Below the pieces are notes generated by a model. That model saw only the letters and a program-made list of their open reading frames with translations, searched no databases and was not told the DNA's origin. DNA of 57,544 nt, filler included, from Sphacelaria rigidula (Eukaryota): the NCBI GenBank assembly GCA_964200075.2. It is 7 parts of 7 records of this genome, joined end to end, with 100 filler letters (N's around TTAATTAATTAA, not from the genome) between each part and the next. Parts side by side here need not be neighbours in the genome. Positions count along the whole stretch, not along the records: positions 8,236 to 16,370 come from CAXNAA020012171.1; positions 16,471 to 24,605 come from CAXNAA020012172.1; positions 24,706 to 32,840 come from CAXNAA020012173.1; 4 more parts are not named here. One strand, 5' to 3'. Positions 13,290 through 25,649 of the stretch are shown here, piece after piece; position 1 is the stretch's first letter, and the number at the start of each line of letters is the position of its first letter. The translations under genes and the position numbers were made by a program.

Positions 13290-13946
13290 AAACGTGGGCA
13301 CTTGTGCATTGGTATCTCGATGCAGCAATGATCAGAACCACGTTCTAGAATGGGGCCACGAGGATGACCATGATGAACTTGCCAGCAAATTCTCCCTTTC
13401 ACGTTTTTGCCGCCGCGATTTTCATCCGATCAGCAGGAACGGATCGTTTTTTGGTAAATCCTGTCCTCTGTATGTTAACCCTTGAAACGAAACGTACAGC
13501 TCTCTCCTGCCCCATCTTCAAGGTTGAGTCTGCTTGAAGGTTGGTCGTTGGTGTCCAGTGGATCATATCATGGAGACATGCATATGTCGCAGAGGTGCGC
13601 TCGCTCGGAAAGGGTTCCGGGCACTTGAATTCGGGCAAAACATGTATCGTATTCAGAGATGCGCTGAAGATGACTCCGATGTCCACGGTCGGTATGAGCG
13701 TTGCTTTGGGAATGTTTCGTTGCTGTTGATGGTGTGATACCACATGCGTTGTCCGACCCCGAAGACGGTTTCGGAAAAAGCGGATGATTCGATGGAGGTT
13801 GGCGGTCGGGCTATCGATATGTTTGCATATACCCTCTCTTTTCCGCTTTTTGTTTATTTGGGACGTCTGTCATGGTACTTCTCTCTTGTCCATTTTTGCC
13901 ACATTTTTTGGGTGTTTTCGAGCGAACGCTTTTGCGTTTTTTCCAA

Positions 13947-14149
13947 GGGCAGATCCGGTGGGGGTATACCCGATATTGTGTTTTTTTTTTTAAAAGTGGA
14001 GATCTGACCCACGCTCACAGCAGAAGTTAGCCCAGTGCTCTTGTTCCCCTCTCTAAAGCTCATACGAGTCATTGCGACCGACTTGGACAGGTGACTTGCG
14101 ACTTTTCAAAATACCACAATATCGGGTGTACCCCCCACTCGACCTGCCC
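13947..14149. mobile_element. PIF/Harbinger-like (Tourist-type) MITE
   Basis: ~34-bp TIRs gggcagatccggtgggggtatacccgatattgtg / cacaatatcgggtgtaccccccactcgacctgccc; flanks CAA / TAA resemble a 3-bp TAA TSD. Confidence 0.7.
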
Positions 14150-15599
14150 TAAAACCTCGGCTGCACCCATGTTGGGACCATGACTGATTTCGTTGCGGCG
14201 GATCAGTTAATGTTAACGTGCGGTAGCTAATCGATCTAACCGTACTGAGATATATATCTCTGCGTCACTACTTTAATTTCCCATGCTTTAGGCAGTAGTT
14301 GTGGCGCGCGGTAGCGTCAAGTAGAGATTGTTTTTTCTTGTTCCTCTTGCCTATTAGATGTAGTTTTTTTTTTTTTATCAGCATTCTCGCCAGCACGCCT
14401 CGTGATGATAGCGGGAATGTTTTACCGAAGACTGCTTTTTCCGATATGACGCCTATGGCACCATCCTCCATAGTGTACCGTTTTTTTCCATGGGCAAACA
14501 GCGGATATGATGCTTTCCCTCTCTCTTCCTTCTCCTACTATTTTTTTGTTCCGTCATCCACTGTGATTTTATTCCTGTTTACTCCTCTCTGTCTCCTATT
14601 ACTGTTATCTTCCTCATGTGTGATTTTCGATCTGGTGACGGACATGGAATGGGGGTGAGCAGTGCGCACTGAAACTACTCCGACATGACAACCAATCGCA
14701 ATTTTCTCTGGACCTTTGGCACGCTTATGGAAAAAGAGCATGTTCCTCGATATCTTGAGATATTCATGTATCTTTTGTTTTTTCGTCGTTGCTCTTTTTG
14801 CCTTTTGTGCTACTTTGTCGTTCCCCCTCCTCCTCCCCCTCCCCCCAAAATGGTTTCTACAATACCTGTCAGACGCCCTGGGCAGCGGCGGATGGAGGCG
14901 GTGGCGATCGGGGTCTGAAGGAGTTTGGAGGAAGAATGGGAGAAAGGGGTGTGACGTTCGAACCGTTACCTTCTCTTCATGTCGTCATGTTTTCGTACGC
15001 GCAGGTGAGGTGATTCTTAACGTTCTTAAGTCTTCGATGGCGAAGGTTCCGGCCTCTTCACTGTAGTTGCATTTCGCACACGAAGAATCGACTCAGAAAC
15101 CTCGGGTAGGTTTATATTGTGACCACGGCTGGATGATGACTCTCAGCGGATCAGTTGGTGTGCGACAATCAATCAATCGATCAACCAATCAACCAATCAT
15201 ACAGTCATACAGCCATACAGTCATACAATCAAACGTTGGCATGCTTATAGCATATACATGGGAGCTCAAAAATCTCTTCTTTGACGCCAATCGGTTAATC
15301 TACTCTTAACTTCTCAGGCAAGTGTTCGTCAAGACAGTTGGGGCTGAAGTGGTGTCTCCGCACACATGACGGAACGCCGAGACATATCCAGTGTTCCTAG
15401 TGAGTGGTGTCGAACCTCGGCAGACAAAAGCACCGCTCGTCTTCCCTGCCCCAAGGGTCACACCCGTCCATTTGTATAGTACCACCCGTGGTCTGTGCAC
15501 GATGCGTTCAACGCCTGTTCGTCGGTGATAATGTTATTCATTACTTTTTTCATTTTTTTATTTGCCGCACGTTGAACCCCTCCCCTTCCTCGGGACTAT

Positions 15600-15845
15600 T
15601 CCGTGGTCTGAAGGGATCAACCCATCTCTCCCCGGCACACGCCTCGCTTTTGAGTCTCGCGGATTGGGTCAGCACTCCCGCACCGCGTCAACTCACGTCA
15701 AACAAACTCAGTCTACTACTTGACACTGAGCGTTTGATTCGCGGACAATCACTGTCTTCGTCAAGTTTGGGGGAAGGGAGGGGGGGCAAGGGGGGTGATT
15801 TCGTGGTTCTGCACGTCGTAGTCATGAGACCGTTAACGCTGCATC
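15600..15845 (-). mobile_element. Decayed SINE copy homologous to 30230-30490
   Basis: 15648-15721 aligns with 30279-30353 (tctcgcgga.tgggtcagcactcccgca..gcgtcaactc.cgtcaaacaaa). Confidence 0.6.
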
Positions 15846-17073
15846 CCTACAAAGCTGGGACGGAGGACGCCGGGTCTCGGCTGGACCAGGCTCGCGATCG
15901 ATCATCAAGCGCGAAGCGCCGCGATGTGTTCGACGAGTCGCATAAAGGGTGAGCTGCATTCTGCGAAGATTGTTGGGCCTGAAGCGTACTATTTCTCTTG
16001 AATGTGGATTGCAGCCTCGAAGGAGTTGCTTTAGGTTTTGGGTAACGCCACTTCCAGAGAGAGCCGTGATTTATGCTGCCTGGTGGGTTTCTCACCGTTT
16101 CAGCACTACGTAGCAAAATCACCTCCTTTTGTGCAGAGTTGGAGGTTCTTCACCCCGCTTCGCATGATCTACGTCGACCACCATCATGGTTACTGCAAAT
16201 GGAACACAAACGAAAAAAGAAGCGGGTACGTGGTAGTCTAGCTTACGTAGTGAGCGGTGTGTTTTACAGCACCGTTGCAAACGGACGCCAACCATACAAG
16301 GGGTGTACTCATGATCATGCATGCCATAGTCATAAGACTATTGACCTCGCATCCCTCCAACGCCGGGCCGNNNNNNNNNNNNNNNNNNNNNNNNNNNNNN
16401 NNNNNNNNNNNNNNTTAATTAATTAANNNNNNNNNNNNNNNNNNNNNNNNNNNNNNNNNNNNNNNNNNNNGGCGTCGCTCTTCAATTTTTTTTTCTTTTT
16501 TTTGGTATTGTGTCTGGTAAGGAATAGCAGGGACGGTATTGGAAAGGCGAGCCTACGTCTGTGACCACGGGTTCGCAAGTTCGGACTAATATGCGGAAAT
16601 AATAAAGTAGTAATAACAATAATAACAGTAGGCTAGAACCTCCCTCATCTCGGAGTTAAACCTCAATTCGCGCAATTTGTTGTTAGTTTTAGTTCATATA
16701 TTAACCTTCAGCATAGTACAGGAGAACAGGACCATAGCCTCTCTCCGATAGAGTAGCAAAATGAAGCCTCACGTCATGTAGGTCACCCATCACAGAGTCC
16801 GGCAGTCAGATCCGCAATCCACCTACACAATGTCCCTATTCTTAGGTAACAATGGTGGCTAGAGTCTACAGCACTCGTGTGGGGGTAAATAGATCTTCGG
16901 GAGTTGCGATCGGGAATATTTATTGTGCACTCCAAACACAGCCACCAGGCTATACGCCACCCTTTTTCTTTTGGGCCAATTTTTTACAAAGGTTTTCTCT
17001 CCCTGGGGCCATTTTTTCATCAGAGGTTTTCTCTCCTCTTTTTCTTCAAAGAGAGAGCGTCCGACGGAAATCG

Positions 17074-17127
17074 AACCAACTAGACTACTGACCAGTCAGC
17101 GCTGACTGGTCAGTAGTCTAGTTGGTT
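17074..17127. repeat. Perfect 54-bp palindrome with no spacer
   Basis: aaccaactagactactgaccagtcagc|gctgactggtcagtagtctagttggtt. Confidence 0.97.
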
Positions 17128-17144
17128 ATCTCTTAAACCGTCAC

Positions 17145-20100
17145 ATGCATCAGCCGCCAACAGCATCTGGCAGTAACCCTGCAGCATATCAATCGTGCCA
17201 AAACACGCAGCGCCTAGCAGGTCGATCATCTCCGCCTCGTGGTTAGGCATGACATTGGAAACCTTCTCAATCTGCTTGTTTATCGCGCGATAATTACTCA
17301 CCAATCGATAACCGCCCTCCTTCGGCGTCGCCATTGCCGCACTCGCCCACACCGCCTGTAAGCTGCGAAATACTAGCCCAAGCGCTACCAGCATCGCCAT
17401 ACACCCTGCTAACCACGCGGCCCTTACAGGGCAATACCCCCGCGGGCTCGCCTTGACTGCTTGAGCCCCAGGTTTGAATCTCACCTTGAACGGCTGTACA
17501 CGAGCAGGGGGATCACTGCACAGTGCTCACCGAAAAGCGTTGACACGGTGCCTAACAACCTCCCGACGCTTATCAACGCTGCTCGCCGACATGCCCCTGT
17601 CCGCGGCCGCCTGTACTTCAAGATCCAATGCAACACGACGCTCTGCCAGCTCCTCCTCTGGAGTGATGTTCCTCCCGGAACCACGCGGCATCAATCGCTC
17701 AACGGAGGGATCCACAGGCTCCTCTTGTCCACCTGGATCCTGTAACGCCTCAATCGCAATGCTCACACGCCTACATTCTCGGAATTCATGCGTATCTACA
17801 CCTCTCCCCAACGCGTGTCCTCAGCGTGCGCATGCGTCCAGCCCACACTGTATATGTCAATGCCCATGGCCTCCAGCGTACCGCTCTCGATGATCACCAC
17901 ATCATCGGCAGCTGGCGTGACCGGATAATGACACGGATCCAGCACCACCGGCCCCCAGCTGGTGTGCAGAGCGGTGCGCACTGGACACGTCTTCGGCTGC
18001 ATACTTCGTACATTACCATCAGCTAGTTTCACCGGGTGTGCACGAGCCATGCTCGTGACAACTGGCACATCAGGGAACACTGCTTGCAACTGGGCCGCCA
18101 CTTTTTCAGACATGAGAGTGATGCCAGCCCCCAAATCCAAAACGGCGGTAACAGGGCAAATTATCTTCGCTGAGGAACCGGGAACGGACAAGTCTGCCCG
18201 GCAGCATCGCTGCTTGCGGCCAAATACCACACCGTCAGCCTGTAAATCTGCATCCTCAGCGGTGTGCAGACCCCGCCATACCGGCATTGTCTGAGACGTC
18301 CACCTCTGAGCCGGTCTCACCGGCAGTTGGGGTTGAGCTGCAGGAGCTGAACCGGAAGGCCGGGGCGGCACCATGCTATGCGCACTGCTAGCGCCCTCTT
18401 GCGTTCCATCCCCTGAAAACAGCCCGTGTGGGAGCAGGACCTTTACTGCCCCCCCGCTGACCATGGACCTGTTGTTGTTGTTGTTGCTGCTGCTGCTGCG
18501 GCGGCGGCGACGACGACGACTTTGCTTGCCCACCTGATGCACTCATCGCAGCCGCAGGTGTCCTCTGTTTGTTACAGTCCTTCTTGTAGTCTCTGCCCGA
18601 GGGGACAGGCACGATAGTGCACCTGCTAAGCGTGCAGTAGTAGGAACAGCTCTCCCGCGACTGAAGCAACAACGCGGTGCCACGTTGAGGGGCGCGAAGG
18701 TGACGACGCATGTGTCTGTCCGAAGAGACGCACTAGGCAGCAAGAACAGTGAGAGTACAGTAGTCGGTGCTGAATTAGCAGCCGCTAGCAGTGCTGTTGG
18801 ACGAGGCGAACAAGTCACACAGCCATCGCTAGTCCGAAGGGACAAGCACGAAGGCGCTAGAGGCGTTGCCGCTATTGCCGTCGAGGAGCAGGCCGGACAG
18901 GAGGTGGCGGCTGTGGCGAATATGGGTGATACTGCTGCTGCTGTTGGCGATGTTGAGGGGGCGAGGCCTACATGGGCCAATGAGCAAGTACTGGTGGGCG
19001 GAGGTCCCCGTTGCTTGTTGCCGCCGGACCAGCGCGTAGCTGGAGATACTTCTTGTAGGGGGGTGTTATTCGCGTATTGCGAACGAGCAGGGTGAGCTAG
19101 GGGCTTGCCGTGCTCATGGTGAATCTATCTGCGCCAGTGACATGGCGGGAGATCGTTCAGATGATCCGCAGGAGTGTCTGCTTGATGGACAGGTGGATGA
19201 TGCGGGTTGGCGGAATTGCCGCCGGAGGAGCGCGTAGCTGTGGACACGCCTTGCATGATCGAAACAATAGGGGCGTGTGACCCGCGTGAAGCGGGTACGC
19301 AGAGCGAGCTGCATGCTCGTGATGCTGTTAGCGATCACAATTCTGACGGTGACGACAAGCGTGGCGTGGTGTTGGGGTGGTCGTGTGCACTGCTGTTCAC
19401 ATGGACAGTTTTGGCGTGTTTGGCGGCGATGGTGGAGGTGTCGCCACTGTTGCGCCGCGGGGTGTTTGAGAAGGATGGCGTACCGCCATTAGGAGGTGTC
19501 CCCCGTTTCGCCTCTTGTTTCCTCTGTAAAACTGACTGAAGCACAGGTGTTCAGTACTGTCCACGTGTCTGTGGAGACGGATGGCTTGTCGTATTGGTTT
19601 TGGCGTGTTTGGCGGCATTGATCGCGGTGTCTTCGCCGCTGTATGGTCAGGGTCTGGAGGAGGATGGCATGATGCCATCGGGAGGTGTTGCTGTGCGGGA
19701 CTGTATGGATGTTCCCGTTTCGCCTCTTGTTTCCTCTGTATAACTAAGTGACTGAAGGACGAGCGTTCGTGAACGCGCAAGCATCTGTGGGGGCGAAGGA
19801 CATGTCGCATTGGTTTGGCGGTGCGGATATACGGTTTAGTGGCGTGCAGGATCCAGCTTTCCTAATGCGCATCGTCTTCGTGCACCTCACGAATACAGTC
19901 CTCATACTGCCGCAAAAACTGGGCAAATTTCCTACTAGAGAATTTGCCAGCGTCGTATGGCATATCCAGAAATCTTGTAGACTCCGGGCAACATTGTTTC
20001 CGTGGTTGTTTACATGATTGCAGTGGAGAAAATGCATAGCAGGCATTGATAGGCTGCTTGATGGATAAATCATCTGAGAGTATTATCGGTGGACTCCGTG

Positions 20101-20360
20101 ATGTATGATGTTGACATACGAGGTACACCGATCACTTCCATTTTGAGCGAAGACTACTGTTTGTAAACCTACTTGAGTCTTGAAGTCTCTGAAGCCCGTG
20201 ATAGGGAGAAAGCCTCTGAAGCAGAACTGTGACCTTGTTCTGATTTCAGGCAAGCCTACAATAAACATTGAATAGCACTGTGACCTTGTTCTGTTTTCAG
20301 ACAAGCCTACGAATCGTACACGGACAGCGCGACCATCAATGACCACATATTACTGCGGCG
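17145..20360 (-). mobile_element. Decayed Ty3/Gypsy LTR retrotransposon fragment (gag - aspartic protease - N-terminal RT), 3'-truncated
   Basis: Protease AVLDLGAGITLMS..VKLADG (17796-18542). RT RGYCP..WASAAMATPKEGGYRLVSNYRAINK..FGTIDMLQGYCQMLL (17145-17484). Gag-like start GKFSSRKFAQFLRQYEDCIREVH near 19.9 kb. Many stops and frameshifts. Confidence 0.85.
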
Positions 20361-20369
20361 CGCCATATA

Positions 20370-21250
20370 GACTTCTGTCACTCAAGTCCATGTGCCCGTA
20401 ATGGGAGGAGTCCACATCGCAATCTGATCTTGAGTGACAGAAGTCTACAATGAACGTTCATTAAGTCCGCTAACTGGCGGTAGGTCCGCTGTAAAGCAGC
20501 TGACACTTCAAGATAGGGAAGTCTGCAGGCCTGATCAGTTTGCAGGAAACAAGACCGGCTCAAGGCGCGTTAACGTCGCGAGGATTTGGAGGAGCGAAGC
20601 CGAGGAGGTTCTGAGGTAGTGCTAGAGCGGGCTGTGCTATCGCTCGTGCGTGAGGTGCGGGGGATTGATCGACAGCTGGCGAGCCCGTGAGCGTTCCAGA
20701 AAAAGCGGCACGATTACTGCCTGGTGGAGCCAGTGAGGGTTCCCTGTTCCACGCTTGGCCAGGTACGGTCAAGAAGAGGAGTTCAAGGACTTCAAGACGT
20801 GGTGAGAGCCGCGTGAGGAAGAGGCGTGTGTGGTCGTCGTTGTAAGGTGGTACAGCGCGTCTTGGTATAAGGAGAGAGTTGCTGTTCCTGTGAGTGGGAG
20901 ACGACTTCGTTCATTAAGAAAAGGCGGTGTGGAGTGCTGTACTGCTGTCCGAAATATACGAGGTGCAGGAGTACGTCGCGGTGCACGGCCATGTTCTTCG
21001 TGCGCCGCAACAATATGTTGTCATCGATGGTCGCGCTGTCCGTGAACGATTTCTGGATACGCCCTACTACGGTCGCAAGTTCTCAAGTGAGAAATCTGCC
21101 CAGTTTCTGCGGAAGTATGAGGACTACCTTCGTGAGATGCACGCAACGAACGCGCGTCAAGCACGCTGGCACGTTGTTGAGGAGCCAGCGATCTCTCACC
21201 TCATGCCCGCACATGTCGAGGACTGTCTATGTGACACATTTTTGGATGGT
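20370..21250 (+). mobile_element. LTR-like leader plus gag N-terminus of a related Gypsy element, head-to-head with the minus-strand copy
   Basis: ORF 20927-21364 (YGRKFSSEKSAQFLRKYEDYLREMHATN) is homologous to 19860-19990/20320-20360 (inverted) and to 50750-51680. Confidence 0.65.
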
Positions 21251-23017
21251 GCGAATGATGGTGGGCAAGAGAAATTGCCCTTTTTGCAGTTGCTTTCGAA
21301 TTTTGTCACATTATGCACTCCCGCGCCTCCCCCCCCCGATGTGGGGGAGGGTATTGGGGAGTAGGGAAAACCTCATGAATCATCCGTTCGAAAACAGTGT
21401 GACTCCTCACGTATCCGACCGTTGGCTCCCACCTGGAGATTGGGCTGAGCGCAATCGCACCAGCTTCACATCAACGCAAATCTCATCACCAGCTTGCGTG
21501 TGCGCCCATTTTGTAGTGTACACACAACGCTAGCCAACGTCCTGCCGACAAGAACCCCACCGACGTGTACCATACAAGGAAAAAGACACATATCCACACA
21601 CTTTACCCCACTAGAACCCCGGCGACAACGTGTGCCGGCGAACGAAGGGGTACCATGGTTTTGTCGACCCACGGCCTGCTCCGGTCTCGCGTATAGCATG
21701 GGACCGCGCCTGCGACTAAAAAATCAGATGAATTCCCTGACAATCGCGTGCTCACGGTTCCCTCCGTGTCCGCTTCGCAGAATAAAAGAAATCAGACAGT
21801 CCACCGCAGGGGACAGGCCTTACTCATCACATAACACACACCTGCTGGGCCCTGCCATCGAACACCGTCTTCTGCGCCACTTCCTACGTCGAAAGAATCG
21901 GGCGGGTGGTCAAAAAGATGTTCGTAAAATAATATCATATTCTCAACACTGCCGCGGGAAACCCATCCCTCGGAAAAAGCACCACGAGGAAAAACCCGAT
22001 TCCCAGGAAAAAACCCTCGATAGTGGCGCCATGTGCCCCACAAAAACCAATGCCCACGTACAGGGAGTGTTGGGAGGGCCAACCAAAACCTCCAGAAACA
22101 CTCGGGCGCACGAGCTACGGCAGCACCAGGAAAAAAAAATCTCGACAGTGACGTCATGCGCCGCACCAAACCCAATGCCCACACGTACAGGGAGTGGTGG
22201 AAGGGCGAACCAAAACCTTCAGAAACACTCGGTACGCACGAGCTACGGCAGCGGTTCGAAATGTTGTAACTCGCTGATANNNNNNNNNNTTCCTACACAC
22301 TGATGCTGAGGCTCTGAACTGACTCACGCACTCGATCACGTCACATCTGTTCCGGAATGACTTCAAGATACTTCAACCGCAATCCAGATCTGAAAAATTC
22401 CTATCCGCTTCTGCACAAGAGCTCGATTCTTCTCGAACACAGAATCGAACATTTTTTGTAGCTGCTTTCGAATTTTGTCACATTATGCACTCCCGCCCCT
22501 CCCCCCCCCGACGTGTGGGGGGGACATGGGGGGTAGGGAAGACCTCATAATCACCCATTCGAAAACAGTGTGACTCCTCACGTATCCGACCGTTGGCTCC
22601 CACCTGGAGATTGGACTGAGCGCAATCGCACCAGCCTCCACACGAACCAAGCCGACGTGCGGATACCCACCCCCCACCCCTACGTTTCCACGCCCGGCAA
22701 TACAGTTCGCCCGGTGGGTCGTGTCCCCTCTTTGCATATGTAACCAACTATTCCACCCCTCGGTTCTCATCTCTTTCATCTAAAGTGATCACACCACTCC
22801 TTCCTGATCCAGCTCGTCCACCACCGTGTATTAGTTTCATTATTCATCACCACGTCTGACGTCCCCATCCAAATTACTCCTCGATCTGCAAACACACACT
22901 CATGTCGGCGACCTGAGTCGCCCTTCACCGAGTACTGTCACTACTCACCCCTCCACTTGGTGCCCTGCCTGGGCTGCCGATCTCCGCATCTACGCTTGTC
23001 GGCCAGGGCTTCTGACA

Positions 23018-24040
23018 CTAGGCTGCAACTGGCGTCGTTAGCCGGACGTATGACTTGTATGTGTCCGATTTCCATCTACCCTCCTTTTGCAACACCTCTG
23101 GAGACACTCCCGCTGCCGACAAGTGGGTAGCGCCACCAACCCGCAAAGAGTGCAACGCAAACTCTGCGGGCGGGAGCCCAGCTAACCCCACCACTTGCCG
23201 TCGCTCTGCCACAGCATCATACTGATTCCACACCAGTAATTCCCCGGAATCCCGCGTGTCATACGTCATTAGCGGGGCCTCAGCAGGGTACGGAACCGAA
23301 AGGGATATTAGTTCAATCATTAGCGCGAGTGCTCCACCCCCGGCTCGAAGTTCCAAGGCAGGACCCTCGCGAACGCGAGATACTACCATTCCGACTCGTA
23401 ACTGATCCCCTTTGGAAGCTCGAAATCGCACTTCCACCATGTCTGCTATATCCCACTCAGGTCGACGCAACTGCGTCCGTCTTTTGAAAAAGGCCACATC
23501 CCTCCTGCGCAAACAGTGGAGTGGGTGGTAAGAATGAACAGAATCCGCAAACATCTCGGAAGACCTCGTTAGAAAGAAAAAGGATGCACACAAGCCCAGC
23601 CACAGCACGCGGCCACCTGGACCCCACCCGAGTGACAGAGGTTCGCTGTCCATGAGCACTGACAACGCCACCCGACGTCGAACTCACTGCTGTGATCCCA
23701 TCACAGCGTGGCTAAGCTTCAATCCCATCAATGAATTTTTAATTAACGAGTGCTGAATGTCCAAATCGACAGCCCTCTCCGTACGATGGAAATATGCAAC
23801 TGCAGCTAAATGACTTGCCACGGTGTTTGACCGCAATCCTTTCCTGGCACACGCATAACCTACGTACTAAATCAATGAACACACGTTATGTATCGCCTCA
23901 TCACGGTCACTCAAAAACACGACCCGGTTCATCTTCCGGTGGAACTTAACCCAGGAACCAAAATATCCTTCGTAAGTTCTCGCAGACGACGGCGCAATGG
24001 CATTTCGGACGAGCCCGCGGCCAAAATGCATGAACACAGA
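23018..24040 (-). pseudogene. Tyrosine recombinase of the DIRS-like element, with two in-frame stops (~23867, ~23685)
   Basis: N-terminal SSARTYEGYFGSWVKF; catalytic FFFLTRSSE, FRASKGDQ, HSLRVGGAT, GRWKSDTYKSYVR (R-K-H-R-W-Y). Confidence 0.9.
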
Positions 24041-24605
24041 TGCCTCCCCTCTGCCCCGATGTCCTGCATATGCCATTGAACATCGGGACGGCGGAACGAG
24101 AGGTTAGCGGAGATACGATTGATTGGCCATCGCGAAATACCATCAGCAACATCATTCAGAATCCCCGGCACGTGTTTCGCCTCAAACACCCATCCAGAAG
24201 CGATCTCCAACATGCCAAGCATACGCATCAGAGCGCCCGATCGCGGCTCCTTCCCCCCTCTGCACTTATTCACCCAAGTCACCGCGGCTGAATTGTCTCC
24301 ACGTAACAGCACGCAATCAGCGGGATTTCGTGGTCGTCTCCCACCCAGAACAAAAATCACCCATGCCGACATGACCATGCCTAACAGTTCCAGGACATTG
24401 ATGGAGATGTCCTCTTCCGAGTGCACCGTATCACCTTTAAACTGAGAACGTTCCTCATCGGACAAGTCATAGCGCCACCACAAGCCCGACTGTAGACAAT
24501 ATCCGCCAATCGCAGCACCCGATGCGTCCGAAAACAAGGACAGCGTGGGTGGGCGCAGCACTAATCGGTACACCGGGGATGATAGTACTGCTCCATTCCG
24601 TGACA
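23929..24605 (-). CDS. DIRS-type RNase H (C-terminal part of the RT-RH ORF), truncated by contig end
   Basis: LFSDASG..GG, INVLELLG, LRGDNSAAVTWVNK, AKHVPGILNDVADGISR. Confidence 0.9.
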
Positions 24606-25649
24606 NNNNNNNNNNNNNNNNNNNNNNNNNNNNNNNNNNNNNNNNNNNNTTAATTAATTAANNNNNNNNNNNNNNNNNNNNNNNNNNNNNNNNNNNNNNN
24701 NNNNNGGGGAGCGGTTGATTCTCATTTCAAAATACGTTCTCATTTTTCTGGCAACCCTGTTCACAGCACAGACAGCATATTCCCGGATCGGCGGCACGTT
24801 TTACGTGGTGCGCCAGACGCACGAAGTCAATACGGATATTGGGCAATGCCGTCGATATACCCTCAAAACGGAGTCCCCTCGGCGCACACTGTGTGAGACG
24901 TCAGTGGATGCATATTATATGGACACCCAGATGCGCTCACTTCCACATCATGACCTGCTGGGTGGCTCCTGCCCCGGCAAACGAGCATCGATCCGTATTG
25001 GGTACACTCTGGATGTCATTTTCCGAGGTACCTATCTTGGCATCGCCTGTAGAGCTACTCACTTCAGGAGGCACGGTCGTGCAAGCGCTGTCAGTGCTTT
25101 AACACGCAATGTATATTATGTACATGTTACCATTTCACATTTTCACCGCTTCTGCCGAGTTTCCTCTGGCGCCAAGGCATTTTTTCCCACACGTCCTATT
25201 GCAGCGCACCGAGAAGGCTCAGCGGTACATTACCGTTCGGGTTTGGGCGCCATCTAATACCTGTGGTGCTTGTTCTGGCCACCGAAAGTCGCTCAAACTG
25301 GCCCTTTTTCGCGCGGTGTCGATATCGAACTGCAAAAGCCTTCAAGATCGTGGAAAACTGGACAAAATATATATTTTCGACTTGCGTCACCCCCGGGAAG
25401 CCGGTACCAACCTCACGAAGGGGAACCTTGTATAATATATATATATATATACCTTTGTGGGTAACTTGAAAGAACCGTTCAAATGACGGGGAATGAGGAC
25501 GCAAAGACCAGGATGCTATCCAGGCCTTCTAATTTGTTTCCTGGAATTGGGGCAGCTTATTTCTGCTGCCGACGGTATATGTCAATTTTTTGCGTTGGGG
25601 ACGGCATAGCTTTTCGCAACTAAATCTTGAAGCAAGTTACCGATGCAAA

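Larger units (their letters stand above)
21290..24605 (-). mobile_element. Tyrosine-recombinase retrotransposon (DIRS order, Ngaro/PAT-like), 3' half
   Basis: RNase H ORF overlaps a downstream YR ORF with no methyltransferase visible between them; a ~180-bp direct repeat lies at 22463-22640 and 21290-21468. Confidence 0.85.

Noticed and set aside
24715..25257. 180-aa ORF with a hydrophobic, signal-like N-terminus
   Set aside because: Non-ATG start, no recognisable motif and no coding-like bias.
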